The notes under the pieces were generated by a model. That model worked only from the letters and a program-made list of their open reading frames with translations. It was not told the DNA's origin and did no database searches. Positions 38,017-48,605 of a stretch of 64,000 nucleotides of DNA are shown here, piece by piece (positions within the stretch are counted from its first letter, which is position 1; every line of letters begins with the position of its first letter). A program made the translations under genes and the position numbers. The stretch comes from an uncultured delta proteobacterium (GTDB taxonomy: Bacteria; Desulfobacterota; Desulfobacteria; Desulfobacterales; B30-G6), in the NCBI GenBank assembly GCA_963823335.1, contig CAWGLD010000001.1, forward strand, positions 1,440,001-1,504,000, in the 5' to 3' direction.

Positions 38017-38191
38017 CTTTTAGCCTTAAGCGACAACTCAACTTTCGGGGTTCAGCGAACACGAAATGAATAATCCCCTGGCACTTTGCGAACTCGCCGT
38101 AAGGAACCCTAAACGCCTCAAACAGCGCAAATCGCCATTGGATCACCCATTTCGCTCTATCGATGGTGAAAACCAAAAGTTAAGCTAAAAG
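38017..38191. repeat. Long imperfect intergenic hairpin (REP/MITE-like)
   Basis: Nested inverted arms: CTTTTAGCCTTAA/TTAAGCTAAAAG, CGAAATGAATAATCC/GGATCACCCATTTCG and TGGCACTTTGCG/CGCAAATCGCCA. Confidence 0.6.
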
Positions 38192-38361
38192 CAATAAGCA
38201 TTTAGCGGCTCAAGGCTTACAGCTTATAGCTTAAGCCTCAAATAAGAAAATTGCAGAAATCTACTTCCCGTGATAATGTGCGCTGAATTGTATCTTACAC
38301 AACCTATCTGGAACCCTTGATCTTTGATCTTGGCCGAAATTATTTATTGAAAGGTTGCTAA

Positions 38362-40203
38362 ATGAAATTACCATTTCAGTGTCTCAAGCGATATATCACC
38401 TGGATGATAGCGGGGGCTATCGCTTTATCGTACACACCCTCTCTTTACGCCGCGGAATCAGAAATGCAATCCATTTCATGGTTTTTTCTCTGTGTCAGTA
38501 TGCTGGGCGGGTTGGCGTTGTTCCTTTACGGCATGGAAAAAATGAGTACCGGTCTGAAACGAACCGCCGGTAACAAGATGCGCGCTATACTTGCGGCACT
38601 GACCAGGAACCGCGTCATCGCGATGTTTGTAGGGGCCTTCGTTACGATGGTTATCCAGTCGAGCAGCGCCACGACGGTGATGCTGGTCAGTTTTGTCCAG
38701 GCGGGTCTGATGACATTTGTGCAGTCCATGGGGGTCATCCTGGGGGCCGATATCGGGACCACCGTCACGGCGCAGCTGATCGCCTTCAAGCTGACGGACT
38801 ATGCTCTGCTGATGGTCGCCATCGGGTTTTCGCTGCATATGTTCGGGAAGAAGGACATGACCAAAAACATCGGCGATGTAATTCTGGGGTTCGGCATTCT
38901 TTTTTTCGGCATGAAGCTCATGAGCGACGCCATGCAACCCCTGAGAACCTATGACGTGTTCATCGACACCATGAGGGAGATGGAGAATCCTTTGCTGGGA
39001 ATTTTGATCGGGGCTCTGTTTACGTCTCTGGTCCAGAGCAGCAGTGCTACTACCGGTGTCGTTATTGTTCTGGCTCAGCAGGGGCTTTTGACCCTCGAAG
39101 CAGGTATACCGCTGGTGTTCGGTGCCAACATCGGTACCTGTATCACGGCAGGGCTGGCTTCCATCGGCACTTCGCGTGAAGCCAAGCGGGTGGCCCTGGC
39201 GCATGTCCTTTTTAAAATTGCAGGTGTGCTCCTTTTTGTTTTCTGGATTCCGGGATTTGCGGAATTCATCCGCATGCTTGCTGAAAGGTTCGACTCCGGA
39301 ACAGCGCGCCAGATAGCCAATGCCCACACCATTTTCAACGTTGCTCTGGCCCTGATATTCCTGCCATTCACCGAACACTTTTCGCATCTCATTTTAAAGA
39401 TCCTTCCCATGGAAGAAAAGCCAAAAGATGTCATTATGACCACCAAGTACCTGGACGAGGAGAGCATCTCCACCCCGGCCGTGGCCCTGGACCTGGCCCG
39501 GGCGGAGGTTGCCAGGATGGCCAAGCTGGTCTGGCGGATGCTGGCCTCCATTATCATTCCCTTCATGTCGGATGAGAAGCTGATTGCAAAAGAAATATCA
39601 GACCCGGAGGAAAAGGATTTTCTCCTGCGGGAAATTCCTACAAAAGATGCCTGGCGGACGGACCTGACGCTTCTCCAGGGAATCGACATGCGGGAAGAAA
39701 AAATCGATTTCATCGAAGAAAAAATCCGGGAATATCTCTTCAAAATAACGGCCCGTGGTGTAGCCCCGGAACAGGCCAACGAAGCATTCGGCATGATTTC
39801 CATCGCAAGTGACATAGAGAGTGTGGCCGATCTCATTCACCGCAATATGGTGCCCCTGATCGCCAAGAAAAAAGATCTCATGATCGATTTTTCCGAAGAA
39901 GGAAAAGAGGAAATTCTGATATATCACCAGAAAGTCTGCCGGCGGATTGAACTCCTCAAAGAGTCATTTATGCAAATGGATCTCAATGCAGCCCGGGAGA
40001 TCATGTCCAGCGAACGCACGTATCTGGATCTGGAAGAGCAGTACCGCGCCAGGCATCTCGAACGTATTCGCCAGAAAAAGGCGGCGTCCGCCAAAACCCA
40101 CGAAATCCATATGGAATTGATGGACTTGCTGAAACAGATCGTGGTCTATTCGAGCAACATTGCCAAAACATTTCTCACAAAATGCCAGACCGAGAAGGAT
40201 TAG
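38362..40203 (+). CDS. Na+/Pi cotransporter family protein with PhoU-like C-terminal domains
   Basis: Two QSSSATT repeats, GADIGTT and GANIGT motifs; helical C-terminus. Confidence 0.92.
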   Translation: MKLPFQCLKRYITWMIAGAIALSYTPSLYAAESEMQSISWFFLCVSMLGGLALFLYGMEKMSTGLKRTAGNKMRAILAALTRNRVIAMFVGAFVTMVIQSSSATTVMLVSFVQAGLMTFVQSMGVILGADIGTTVTAQLIAFKLTDYALLMVAIGFSLHMFGKKDMTKNIGDVILGFGILFFGMKLMSDAMQPLRTYDVFIDTMREMENPLLGILIGALFTSLVQSSSATTGVVIVLAQQGLLTLEAGIPLVFGANIGTCITAGLASIGTSREAKRVALAHVLFKIAGVLLFVFWIPGFAEFIRMLAERFDSGTARQIANAHTIFNVALALIFLPFTEHFSHLILKILPMEEKPKDVIMTTKYLDEESISTPAVALDLARAEVARMAKLVWRMLASIIIPFMSDEKLIAKEISDPEEKDFLLREIPTKDAWRTDLTLLQGIDMREEKIDFIEEKIREYLFKITARGVAPEQANEAFGMISIASDIESVADLIHRNMVPLIAKKKDLMIDFSEEGKEEILIYHQKVCRRIELLKESFMQMDLNAAREIMSSERTYLDLEEQYRARHLERIRQKKAASAKTHEIHMELMDLLKQIVVYSSNIAKTFLTKCQTEKD

Positions 40204-40295
40204 AAGGGTTGAAGACAAATTATCATGTCCTGACGCGCATAACGAAACATGAAACAACGACAACATATCATTAACTGTTCACACAGGAGAGAAAC

Positions 40296-40886
40296 ATGAT
40301 AGCACTCATAGTCATCGGCGGCATGATACTGCTGCTGATAGTCATCGGCGCAGGAATCTACAACGGAATGGTTACAGCACGGAATCAGTTCAAAAATGCC
40401 TATTCTCAGATCGATGTTCAATTGAAACGGCGTTACGATTTAATTCCCAACCTGGTAGAAACAGCCAAGGGGTACATGAAACATGAACGGGAGACCCTGG
40501 AGGCGGTCATAACGGCACGCAACCGTGCCATGAACGCCAACCAGCAGGCCTCCGGAAACCCGGGTGATCCAACCGCCATGAAAACGCTTGCCGGTGCGGA
40601 AGCATCGCTGACTGGAACCCTGGGGCGTCTTTTTGCCCTGGCGGAGAACTATCCGGATCTCAAGGCCAATGAGAACATGATCCAGCTTCAGGAAGAACTG
40701 ACCTCCACGGAAAACCGCGTCGCTTTTTCCCGGCAGGCATTCAACGATGCCGTCACCGAATTCAATACGCGTTGTGAAAAATTTCCTGCCAACCTCATCG
40801 CCGGATCCTTTGGTTTTCATCCGGCCGAACTTCTGGAATCAACCGAATCTCCAGAAGAACGAAAACCGGTCAAGGTATCTTTCTAA
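40296..40886 (+). CDS. lemA: LemA family protein
   Basis: N-terminal TM, IDVQLKRRYDLIPNLV, ENYPDLKAN and FPANLIA motifs. Confidence 0.95.
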   Translation: MIALIVIGGMILLLIVIGAGIYNGMVTARNQFKNAYSQIDVQLKRRYDLIPNLVETAKGYMKHERETLEAVITARNRAMNANQQASGNPGDPTAMKTLAGAEASLTGTLGRLFALAENYPDLKANENMIQLQEELTSTENRVAFSRQAFNDAVTEFNTRCEKFPANLIAGSFGFHPAELLESTESPEERKPVKVSF

Positions 40887-40887
40887 G

Positions 40888-42771
40888 ATGGATTTTTTTG
40901 CCCGACAGAATCAATCACGGAAGCAGTCTCTATACCTGACCTTCCTGTTTGTTCTGGCAGTCATCTTTGTGGCCGTGGCTGTTTTTTTTGCTGTGAAGCT
41001 GGCCTTCTATGTATCCATGGACACGCTGAGTCTTTCAATGAATGGATTCAAATGGTTTGACCTTCAGTTGTTCCTGCTGGTGACAGTCGTGACCCTGGGC
41101 GTGATTATCCTGGGAAGTCTATTCAAGATGCTGCAGTTGAAAAAAGGGGGCAGCTATGTAGCGGAACACCTGGGTGGAAGACGGGTAACCCGTTTGTCCG
41201 CCGACAAGGACGAAAAAAGACTGCTCAATGTAGTGGAGGAAATGGCCATTGCCTCCGGTGTGCCGGTACCCCAGGTGTATCTCATGGCGGAGGAGACCGG
41301 CATCAATGCATTTGCGGCCGGCTACACCCCGGGGGACGCCGCCATTGCCGTCACGCGCGGCTGTCTTTCGACCTTGAACCGCGAGCAGTTGCAGGGGGTG
41401 ATCGCCCATGAGTTCAGCCATATCCTGAATGGTGACATGCGCTTGAACATACGCCTGATCGGGTTCTTATACGGCATCATGGTGATCGCGATCATAGGGC
41501 GGGGTCTCCTGCGGGGCAGTGGAAGGACGCGAAATAAAAAGGGGGGTGGCCAGACCATCCTGCTGGCCCTGGCCTTGATGGTGATCGGCTATATCGGCCA
41601 GCTTTTTGGCCGGATTATCCAGAGTGCGGTCTCACGCCAGAGAGAATTCCTTGCAGATGCATCTGCTGTTCAGTTTACGCGAAACCCAGGAGGTATCGCC
41701 GGAGCCTTGAAAATTATCGAAGGGTTCACCAACGGATCCAGGATTGCGTCTCCCAACGCACATGAAGCCAGCCATTTGTTTTTTTGCATGGCGATTCGTA
41801 GCTTGTTTGCAACACATCCTCCTTTGAATGAAAGGATCCGCAGGCTTGATCCCGGGTATTCCAGCCAGGTGAATGAATCCGGTTCAGTCCCCGGGGCGGT
41901 TTCCGGAGAACGATTCGATGCGTCGGTTTCCATGATGGCCGCCGATTCAGGCGAAGCCAGACAACACATCGGCCAAATAACACCCCGTCACGTAGACTAC
42001 AGCTCCAGACTTCTGGCCGCGCTTCCGGGAAAGATACGGGATGAACTGGATGATCCGCTGGGGGCCACGGCAATTGTCTGCGGCCTCTTGCTGGACAGGG
42101 ATCCAAAGGAAAGGGAGCACCAACTCAAGGTGATGGGCAATATGGCACCGCTTGAAGTGGTCCGCCAGACGTTGATGCTCGAAAAGGAGATACGAAGCCT
42201 GAAACCTGTTTTTTATCTTCCTGTTTTGGAACTGGCCATCCCTACTCTTAGGTGTCTGTCGGCAGCACAGTTTGCAGGGATGAAACGCTATGTTCAGGCC
42301 CTGGTAGAGGCGGACGGCAAGCTGACCCTGTTCGAGTTCGTATTACAGAAGATAGTGACACACCAGCTTGGTACGGGTCGCTTTCACTCCAGAACGCAGG
42401 ATATGGTTAAACAAATAGACCCCCTGCTGCCACAGATGGTCAACCTGCTGTCCATGCTTGCAAAATCGGGAAACACGGATATTCAGATGGCTGGAAAAGC
42501 GTTTAAGTCAGGATTTGAACAGCTGAGATCGGCGGGTGTCACAGGCAAGGAATCCCTGCTGGAAAGCGTATCTTTCAACGAGCTCGATATTGCTCTCGAT
42601 CGATTGGCACTGGCTGCTCCGAGCATCAAACGCGTAATTTTCGATGCCTGTTGCGGGTGTGTTTTATTTGACAAGAAAATCTCGCTTCCGGAAGCGGAAC
42701 TATTGCGGGCCACGGCTTCGGTCCTGGACATCCCCGTGCCGCCCTTTTTGTTTCACCCAATAAAATCGTAG
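40888..42771 (+). CDS. M48 family (HtpX-like) membrane zinc metallopeptidase, long form
   Basis: NVVEEMAIASG, INAFAAG, AHEFSH, SRQREFLADA and THPPL motifs; directly follows lemA. Confidence 0.92.
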   Translation: MDFFARQNQSRKQSLYLTFLFVLAVIFVAVAVFFAVKLAFYVSMDTLSLSMNGFKWFDLQLFLLVTVVTLGVIILGSLFKMLQLKKGGSYVAEHLGGRRVTRLSADKDEKRLLNVVEEMAIASGVPVPQVYLMAEETGINAFAAGYTPGDAAIAVTRGCLSTLNREQLQGVIAHEFSHILNGDMRLNIRLIGFLYGIMVIAIIGRGLLRGSGRTRNKKGGGQTILLALALMVIGYIGQLFGRIIQSAVSRQREFLADASAVQFTRNPGGIAGALKIIEGFTNGSRIASPNAHEASHLFFCMAIRSLFATHPPLNERIRRLDPGYSSQVNESGSVPGAVSGERFDASVSMMAADSGEARQHIGQITPRHVDYSSRLLAALPGKIRDELDDPLGATAIVCGLLLDRDPKEREHQLKVMGNMAPLEVVRQTLMLEKEIRSLKPVFYLPVLELAIPTLRCLSAAQFAGMKRYVQALVEADGKLTLFEFVLQKIVTHQLGTGRFHSRTQDMVKQIDPLLPQMVNLLSMLAKSGNTDIQMAGKAFKSGFEQLRSAGVTGKESLLESVSFNELDIALDRLALAAPSIKRVIFDACCGCVLFDKKISLPEAELLRATASVLDIPVPPFLFHPIKS

Positions 42772-42823
42772 ATACGATTTTATATGACGCGACGCTATCG
42801 CTTTTTTTTAAAAGGAATGAACC

Positions 42824-44029
42824 ATGCCAAAACCAACCGGCAATCCAGATTCACGGTTTCCGATTCATTTTGAGGATACGTCCATTGCGTTTAAACATAA
42901 ATCCGACCGGGATCTGCTGCTGTCGTACCTGATCTTTCTTCTGACCAAACACCCCTTTCTGGTAAAATTTCTTTCGAGAGCCGCCAAACTGTCCCTGGTC
43001 ATGGGACTTCCCGTCAAACCGCTCATCAAGGCCACTGTTTTCAGGCAATTCTGTGGTGGTGAAACCCGTCGGGAATATCAGAACGTGGTGGAACAACTGG
43101 GCAAATCGGGTATCGGTGCCATTCTGGACTATTCCGTGGAAGGGGGAGAGGACGAAGCCGGTTTTGAAGAAACAAAGAATGCGATCCTGCAGACCATCCA
43201 ACAGGCGGAATCGGATAAGAACATTCCCTTTGCCTGTATGAAAATGACCGGTATTGTCGCTGAATCCCTGCTTGAAAAGATGACAGCCGGGGGTGTTTTG
43301 TCAAGGGAGGATGAACCGGCCTGGGAACGCTTGAAGGAACGCCTGTCTGACATCTGCGAACAGGCCGGGAAAAGCGGCACACCCATTTTCATCGATGCGG
43401 AAGAGAGCTGGATCCAGGGTGTCATCGATGATCTGGCCGAAGAAATGATGCTGACCTTCAACCGGAAAAGGGCCGTTGTTTTCACGACCCTGCAGATGTA
43501 CCGCACAGACCGGGTCGGCTATTTTAAACGATTGATTGAAAATGCCCGGCGCAACGATTTTCTGCTGGGCGTTAAAATCGTTCGGGGTGCCTATATGGAA
43601 CAGGAAAGAGATCGGGCCAGGCACCTGGGGTATCCATCACCCATCCATCCGGACAAGCCGGCAACCGACCGGGCTTTCGACGAAACATTGCGTTTGTTCA
43701 TGGACCATATGGATGCGGTGGAGATATGTGTGGGAACCCACAATGAAGCCAGCTGCAAGCTGCTGGCGGGCTTGATGGCGGAGAAGGGTATTCCCAATGA
43801 CCATCCACACATCTGTTTTTCACAGCTATACGGTATGAGCGATCACATCAGCTACAACCTGGCCCATGCCGGATACAATGTGACCAAGTACCTGCCCTAT
43901 GGCCCGGTGGCATCGACGCTGCCGTACCTGGCCAGACGGGCCGAGGAAAATACGGCCATTGCCGGTCAGATGGGCAAAGAGCTCGAAATCATAGTCAGGG
44001 AGCGGCGTCGGCGGCGGACTGCCGTTTAA
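42824..44029 (+). CDS. Monofunctional proline dehydrogenase
   Basis: QFCGGE, LDYSVEG, IDAEE, K.VRGAYME.E, GTHN, QLYGMSD, KYLPYGP and YL.RRAEEN motifs. Confidence 0.93.
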   Translation: MPKPTGNPDSRFPIHFEDTSIAFKHKSDRDLLLSYLIFLLTKHPFLVKFLSRAAKLSLVMGLPVKPLIKATVFRQFCGGETRREYQNVVEQLGKSGIGAILDYSVEGGEDEAGFEETKNAILQTIQQAESDKNIPFACMKMTGIVAESLLEKMTAGGVLSREDEPAWERLKERLSDICEQAGKSGTPIFIDAEESWIQGVIDDLAEEMMLTFNRKRAVVFTTLQMYRTDRVGYFKRLIENARRNDFLLGVKIVRGAYMEQERDRARHLGYPSPIHPDKPATDRAFDETLRLFMDHMDAVEICVGTHNEASCKLLAGLMAEKGIPNDHPHICFSQLYGMSDHISYNLAHAGYNVTKYLPYGPVASTLPYLARRAEENTAIAGQMGKELEIIVRERRRRRTAV

Positions 44030-44223
44030 ACCTTATTTTTTAACTCCGCGAGTGGCATTCACGCCCTTCGACTTGATATGATGACTGGTTTTCCGTTATA
44101 TTATGGATAGTTGTGACTTCACAACATCCGAGTGGACAAGACAGAATGGAGGTAGTTGCCCTTTCAAGACAATAGGTAGGATTCGATTTCATCAAACGGC
44201 ATGTGCTGGGTGATGTCTGCGTG

Positions 44224-45387
44224 TCATCTTTTCTCCCGCAGCCTGGGTGGCTGTACATAGACCCTGCGGTGTCCTTCTTTGAGTGAAATGGCGTTATCCG
44301 GGCAGAATCTGGCGCAGACACCACACCCGATGCAGGCATTTTCATCCCGCTCTGCCAATCCGTCATCATCCAGCACAATCGCATCCGTTGGGCACCAGTC
44401 AACACAGGTGCCACAGCCGGTGCAGTGGTCTTGGTCGATCATGGCAAGATGATAGGTGGAGTTGATCAACGGCAGGGTCCCGTTGCGCCAGAGACCGAAG
44501 GTGTCGCAACAGTCCTTGCAGCAGTTACAGATGCTCGTCTCCGGGCTGGTTTCCCTGGCTCCGGGGTGAAAGGCCTTGTGGACAAGGCCGGCCTCTTCGG
44601 CCTCTTTCATGATCTGCAGGGCTTCGGCCCGGGTAATCTTTTTGGCAAACCCCTGGGCAACCGTGTGCCGGGCGGATTTTCCGAAGGTAAAGCAATTCAA
44701 CATGGGGGCGCTGGTGGCGCAGTCATCCCCCAGAAGACTCCGCCGCTGCCTGCAGAAACAATATCCTACGGCAATTTCGTCAAACTTGTTGATGATGTCT
44801 TCGATTGTCTGGCTGGGGAGGACAACGTCTTCCGGCATGTCAACGCTTTGGTCGACCGTTATCTTTTGAATTGTTTTGCCGTCGTCGGTCTGGCCTGTGG
44901 GGACGGTGCGATCAACGGCCGGCGCGACTTCAAACAGGGGTTTGAGGGCATCGTAATTATTCTGAATCTCGTCTTTCAACTCTGCCAGAAGGGTTTCGAA
45001 CAGTTCAGCCAACTCCCGCTCCTCATCGCTGCCGGTCAGCGGGGTCATGAATTTGTATTCCATAAGACCGATCATCACCAGCGGAAGCAGGCGATAAATC
45101 ATCATGCCCTTCGAACTGGGCTGGTTGAAGAGCAAACCCGCTTTAGCAAGACTGCTGGTGAGTTTTTCGATGGTCTCCTCGGAAAAGCCGCTGGTCTGCT
45201 TGAGCTGTTCCATGGTTTGTGAGGAGGCATCGTTGAATGCGCAGATCAGATCGAGTTCCTGTTCTTCTTTCACCACGCGACGGATGATGGTAATGGCTGT
45301 TTCACTCAAAGGGAAAGGAAACATGCCCTGTTTGCAGATAACACCCGTAGCCTTCTTAAGTTTGTCCTCTCGTATCAGATCTGTCAT
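44224..45387 (-). CDS. 4Fe-4S binding protein (same family architecture as 27590-28879)
   Basis: CFCRQ, ICNCCKDCC, CTGCGTCVDWCP and CIGCGVCARFCP motifs. Confidence 0.85.
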   Translation of the reverse strand: MTDLIREDKLKKATGVICKQGMFPFPLSETAITIIRRVVKEEQELDLICAFNDASSQTMEQLKQTSGFSEETIEKLTSSLAKAGLLFNQPSSKGMMIYRLLPLVMIGLMEYKFMTPLTGSDEERELAELFETLLAELKDEIQNNYDALKPLFEVAPAVDRTVPTGQTDDGKTIQKITVDQSVDMPEDVVLPSQTIEDIINKFDEIAVGYCFCRQRRSLLGDDCATSAPMLNCFTFGKSARHTVAQGFAKKITRAEALQIMKEAEEAGLVHKAFHPGARETSPETSICNCCKDCCDTFGLWRNGTLPLINSTYHLAMIDQDHCTGCGTCVDWCPTDAIVLDDDGLAERDENACIGCGVCARFCPDNAISLKEGHRRVYVQPPRLREKR

Positions 45388-45527
45388 CGTGTTTTCTCCA
45401 TTACGGTGAAAAAGGGTGGTTGTCCATACCAGATAGCGCATTTATGTTGCTGATTGGCAGCCAATGTTTTATTGGGGACATACCATACTATTGGCGTATT
45501 TGACAGATTGTTGTAAAAAAATAAGGA

Positions 45528-45693
45528 TTGAAGAACCTCGCAGCAAGCTACGAGGAATGTTCTGTCGTGCGACAGTGCTTCGCAGCGACCGTAAGGAATT
45601 CTGTCTAATCTAGATTCGCTCGCTAACCCCGCAGCATGCGAAGCACTGCCGAACGGCAGAACCTACGGGGAATGCGCTCGCTTTTTCGGTTCA
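45528..45693. mobile_element. Putative non-autonomous palindromic element (REP/MITE or IS200/IS605-end-like), longer copy of the 9087-9188 repeat
   Basis: Two related hairpins, CCTCGCAGC-AA-GCTACGAGG (45536-45555) and CCCCGCAGC...CTACGGGG (45627-45670), each followed by AATG. AGGA on both flanks. The right 102 bp are duplicated at 9087-9188. Confidence 0.6.
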
Positions 45694-45705
45694 AGGAGTC
45701 TTCAG

Positions 45706-46128
45706 ATGGTCGATGCAGTATTTGAAAAGGTCACGACATCGGATAAACTGCTCTACGGTCCCCGGAAATTTTTGCTGTGCGGGTTTTCATCTGCAGCCCA
45801 GCCCAAATTCGAAACCGTTCTTGAGATGGTCGCGTTAGGGGAAGTCCCAAAGATCTGGGTATCGGATGATAAGGGCGATATGGTATTGTCGGCACTTTTG
45901 CAGCTTCCAGACAACAGCGGTGCGTCTGTTACATCGGGTTTTCCCCGGGCGATCGTTGTTTCGGGAATTTCACAAAATGAGCTCATCAACCTCATGGCGG
46001 TGTGCAAGAAAGCTGGTATGATGAATGCTTTGTGGGCGACGCTGACACCTGTGTCGGAGAACTGGACCATCCAGCAGCTGCTTGCGGAGCTCGCAGCAGA
46101 GCGGAAAGCCATGACAAAGAATCCATAA
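45706..46128 (+). CDS. DUF3783-like protein
   Basis: C-terminal LWATLTP.SENWT...LL.EL..ER pattern; AGGAG RBS. Confidence 0.75.
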   Translation: MVDAVFEKVTTSDKLLYGPRKFLLCGFSSAAQPKFETVLEMVALGEVPKIWVSDDKGDMVLSALLQLPDNSGASVTSGFPRAIVVSGISQNELINLMAVCKKAGMMNALWATLTPVSENWTIQQLLAELAAERKAMTKNP

Positions 46129-48605
46129 TGCCTAACTTGAGAGATACAATAGAAAAGCGGTTCGAATGGTTGGGCACATGGTTGTATGACAACCCCATCA
46201 AGGTACTGCTGGTCACATGTCTGCTGGTGGGATTTTTTGTGTTTCAGATACCCTCTATCTCCATCGATACCTCTTCAGAGGCCCTTCTCAGGAAAGAAGA
46301 CCCCAGTCTTTTGGAATACAACCGCTTCCGGGACCAGTTCGGACGGGCGGAATTAGTTGTCATCGCCATTCAATCCCCGGAAATATTCAGCAGTGTTTTT
46401 TTCTCAAGACTTCAATCCTTTCACCAGGACCTTGAAGAAGAGATTCCCTATCTCCGCGATGTCACCAGCCTCATCAACGCCCGAAGTACCAGGGGCGACA
46501 AGGATAGTCTCATCGTAAAGGATCTCCTGGAGGACTTGCCCGAGACTCCGGTGAATCTGGCACGATTGAGAACAGAAGTCATGTCCAATCCTTTCTATCT
46601 CAATTACCTCATATCCGAGGATGCCCAGATAACCGCTATCATTGTCGAGACGGAAGCGGCGGTGACAGAAGATGCTTCCCGGGCGGAGGATTTGCTGGAT
46701 GCGTTTGATGAGCAACTCCCTGAAACGCCACTGCCGGAAAAAAAACCGCACTATTTTTCGGAGAAAGAGAATAAAGAAGTGGTCACGGCCATCAACCAGG
46801 TGGTGACGCGTCACAGCAGGGACGACTTTCCAATCACGGTCTCCGGCGGTCCGGTAGTGGTGGATGCCTTCAACCGTGCCACCATGAGTGATATCCGTAG
46901 ATGTATTGTGCTGTCGCTGGTGTCTGTGGCATTGTTTCTGGGGGTTCTTTTTCGAAGGAGTTCGGGCGTGGTCCTGCCCATGATCATCATCAATTCAGCC
47001 CTTTTTTCCACCATCGGTCTCATGTCTGTTACCGGGGTTCCCATCAAGATTACCACCACCGTTATTCCGGCATTCCTTCTGTCTGTCGGTGTTTGCGATT
47101 CGGTACATGTGCTGGCCATTTTCTACCGGCAGCTTGATCGGGGACAGAGCAAAAGAGCTGCTATTGCACATGCCCTGGGACACTCGGGGATTCCCATCGT
47201 CATGACAAGTCTGACAACCACCGCCGGGGTCCTCTCTTTTCTCTTTGCCGATTTGAGAGCCATCGCGGAAATTGGCATCTTTGCCGCAGCCGGTGTGGTG
47301 CTGGCGCTGCTGTTCACGGTCGTTCTGCTACCCCCGATGGTGGCCTTGATGCGGATTACGGCAAAACGTTATATGCCCGTCCGCAAAGGGGCCATGGACC
47401 GATTTCTCGAAGCGGTTGCCGTTATATCTACTTCCCACCGAAAAAGAATCATCCTGGCCGGCGGTATAATCTTTATGGTGTTTTTTCCGGCGGTATTTCT
47501 GCTCAATTTTTCTCACAATATCGTCGAGTATTTTCCGGTCGACTCCCCTTACAGACAGGATCTCGGTTTTATCGACACCCGTCTGAAGGGCAGTATTACC
47601 CTGGAGATCGTGATGGACACCCATCGTGAAAACGGGTTGCATGAGCCTGAAATCTTAAACCGGATCGAGGCCTTTGGCAGACAGACAGAAATGTTCCACC
47701 AGGACGGTATCGCGGTGGGGAAGGTCTTTTCCATCACAGATATTTTGAAGGAAATCCATCAGGCCTTGAATGAGAACAATCCGTCCTATTACCGTGTTCC
47801 ACAGGACCGGAGTGTTGTGGCACAGGAATTTCTGCTGTTTGAAAACAGCGGGTCGGACGACCTGGAACGCATCGTGGACAACCAGTTCAGCCAGACGCGG
47901 ATCACCATCAAAACACCCTGGGTGGATGCCGTAGTCTGCAAGAAATTCATCGATAATATACAGCAACGGCTGTCAGATCAATTCCAGGATTCCACCTCGG
48001 TTCATGCTACGGGTCTGATGGCCCTTTTGGCCAGAGCTATCAGCGCCGCCATTTACAGCATGACAAAAAGTTATATTGTGGCTTTCGTCGCCATCACCAT
48101 TCTGATGATCGTCCTGATCGGGAAATGGAAACTCGGTCTGGTGAGTATGATTCCAAACTTTCTACCGATTCTCACGACCATGGGAATTATGGGGCTGCTA
48201 AATATCCCCCTGGACATCAACAGTCTGATGATCGGAAGCATCGCCATCGGTATCGTGGTGGATGACACGGTGCACTTCATCTACAACTTCCAGAAATATT
48301 ATGAGCGGACCTCGAATCCGTATGAAGCCGTGCGTGAAACGCTGCTGGGGACCGGACGGGCGCTCTTGATAACGTCACTGGTTCTCTGCACCGGGTTTTT
48401 TATCCTCATGTTCGCATCCCTGAACCACCTGGTAAACTTTGGCTTTTTTACCGGGATCACCATCTTGATCGCCCTGGCAGCGGATTTTTTCCTGCTGCCG
48501 GCGATTTTGGTGATGATGAACCTCCCCCGAAGAAACGCTCAACTCAGGGTCATGGATTCAGCCATAGCGTCGTCCGGGCATGGGCCTGGATCGCTTGATC
48601 GCTGA
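46128..48605 (+). CDS. MMPL/RND family transporter
   Basis: Duplicated TM bundles, GVCDSVH and GIVVDDTVH, TSLTT..G motifs; TAATG coupling. Confidence 0.9.
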   Translation: MPNLRDTIEKRFEWLGTWLYDNPIKVLLVTCLLVGFFVFQIPSISIDTSSEALLRKEDPSLLEYNRFRDQFGRAELVVIAIQSPEIFSSVFFSRLQSFHQDLEEEIPYLRDVTSLINARSTRGDKDSLIVKDLLEDLPETPVNLARLRTEVMSNPFYLNYLISEDAQITAIIVETEAAVTEDASRAEDLLDAFDEQLPETPLPEKKPHYFSEKENKEVVTAINQVVTRHSRDDFPITVSGGPVVVDAFNRATMSDIRRCIVLSLVSVALFLGVLFRRSSGVVLPMIIINSALFSTIGLMSVTGVPIKITTTVIPAFLLSVGVCDSVHVLAIFYRQLDRGQSKRAAIAHALGHSGIPIVMTSLTTTAGVLSFLFADLRAIAEIGIFAAAGVVLALLFTVVLLPPMVALMRITAKRYMPVRKGAMDRFLEAVAVISTSHRKRIILAGGIIFMVFFPAVFLLNFSHNIVEYFPVDSPYRQDLGFIDTRLKGSITLEIVMDTHRENGLHEPEILNRIEAFGRQTEMFHQDGIAVGKVFSITDILKEIHQALNENNPSYYRVPQDRSVVAQEFLLFENSGSDDLERIVDNQFSQTRITIKTPWVDAVVCKKFIDNIQQRLSDQFQDSTSVHATGLMALLARAISAAIYSMTKSYIVAFVAITILMIVLIGKWKLGLVSMIPNFLPILTTMGIMGLLNIPLDINSLMIGSIAIGIVVDDTVHFIYNFQKYYERTSNPYEAVRETLLGTGRALLITSLVLCTGFFILMFASLNHLVNFGFFTGITILIALAADFFLLPAILVMMNLPRRNAQLRVMDSAIASSGHGPGSLDR

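Noticed and set aside
37970-38176. 68 aa ORF in the patB-Na/Pi intergenic region
   Set aside because: It coincides with the palindromic element and has no protein-like motifs.
48550-48605. 56 bp overlap of convergent MMPL and acylase 3' ends
   Set aside because: It is most simply a non-conserved C-terminal run-on; no functional signal is visible.
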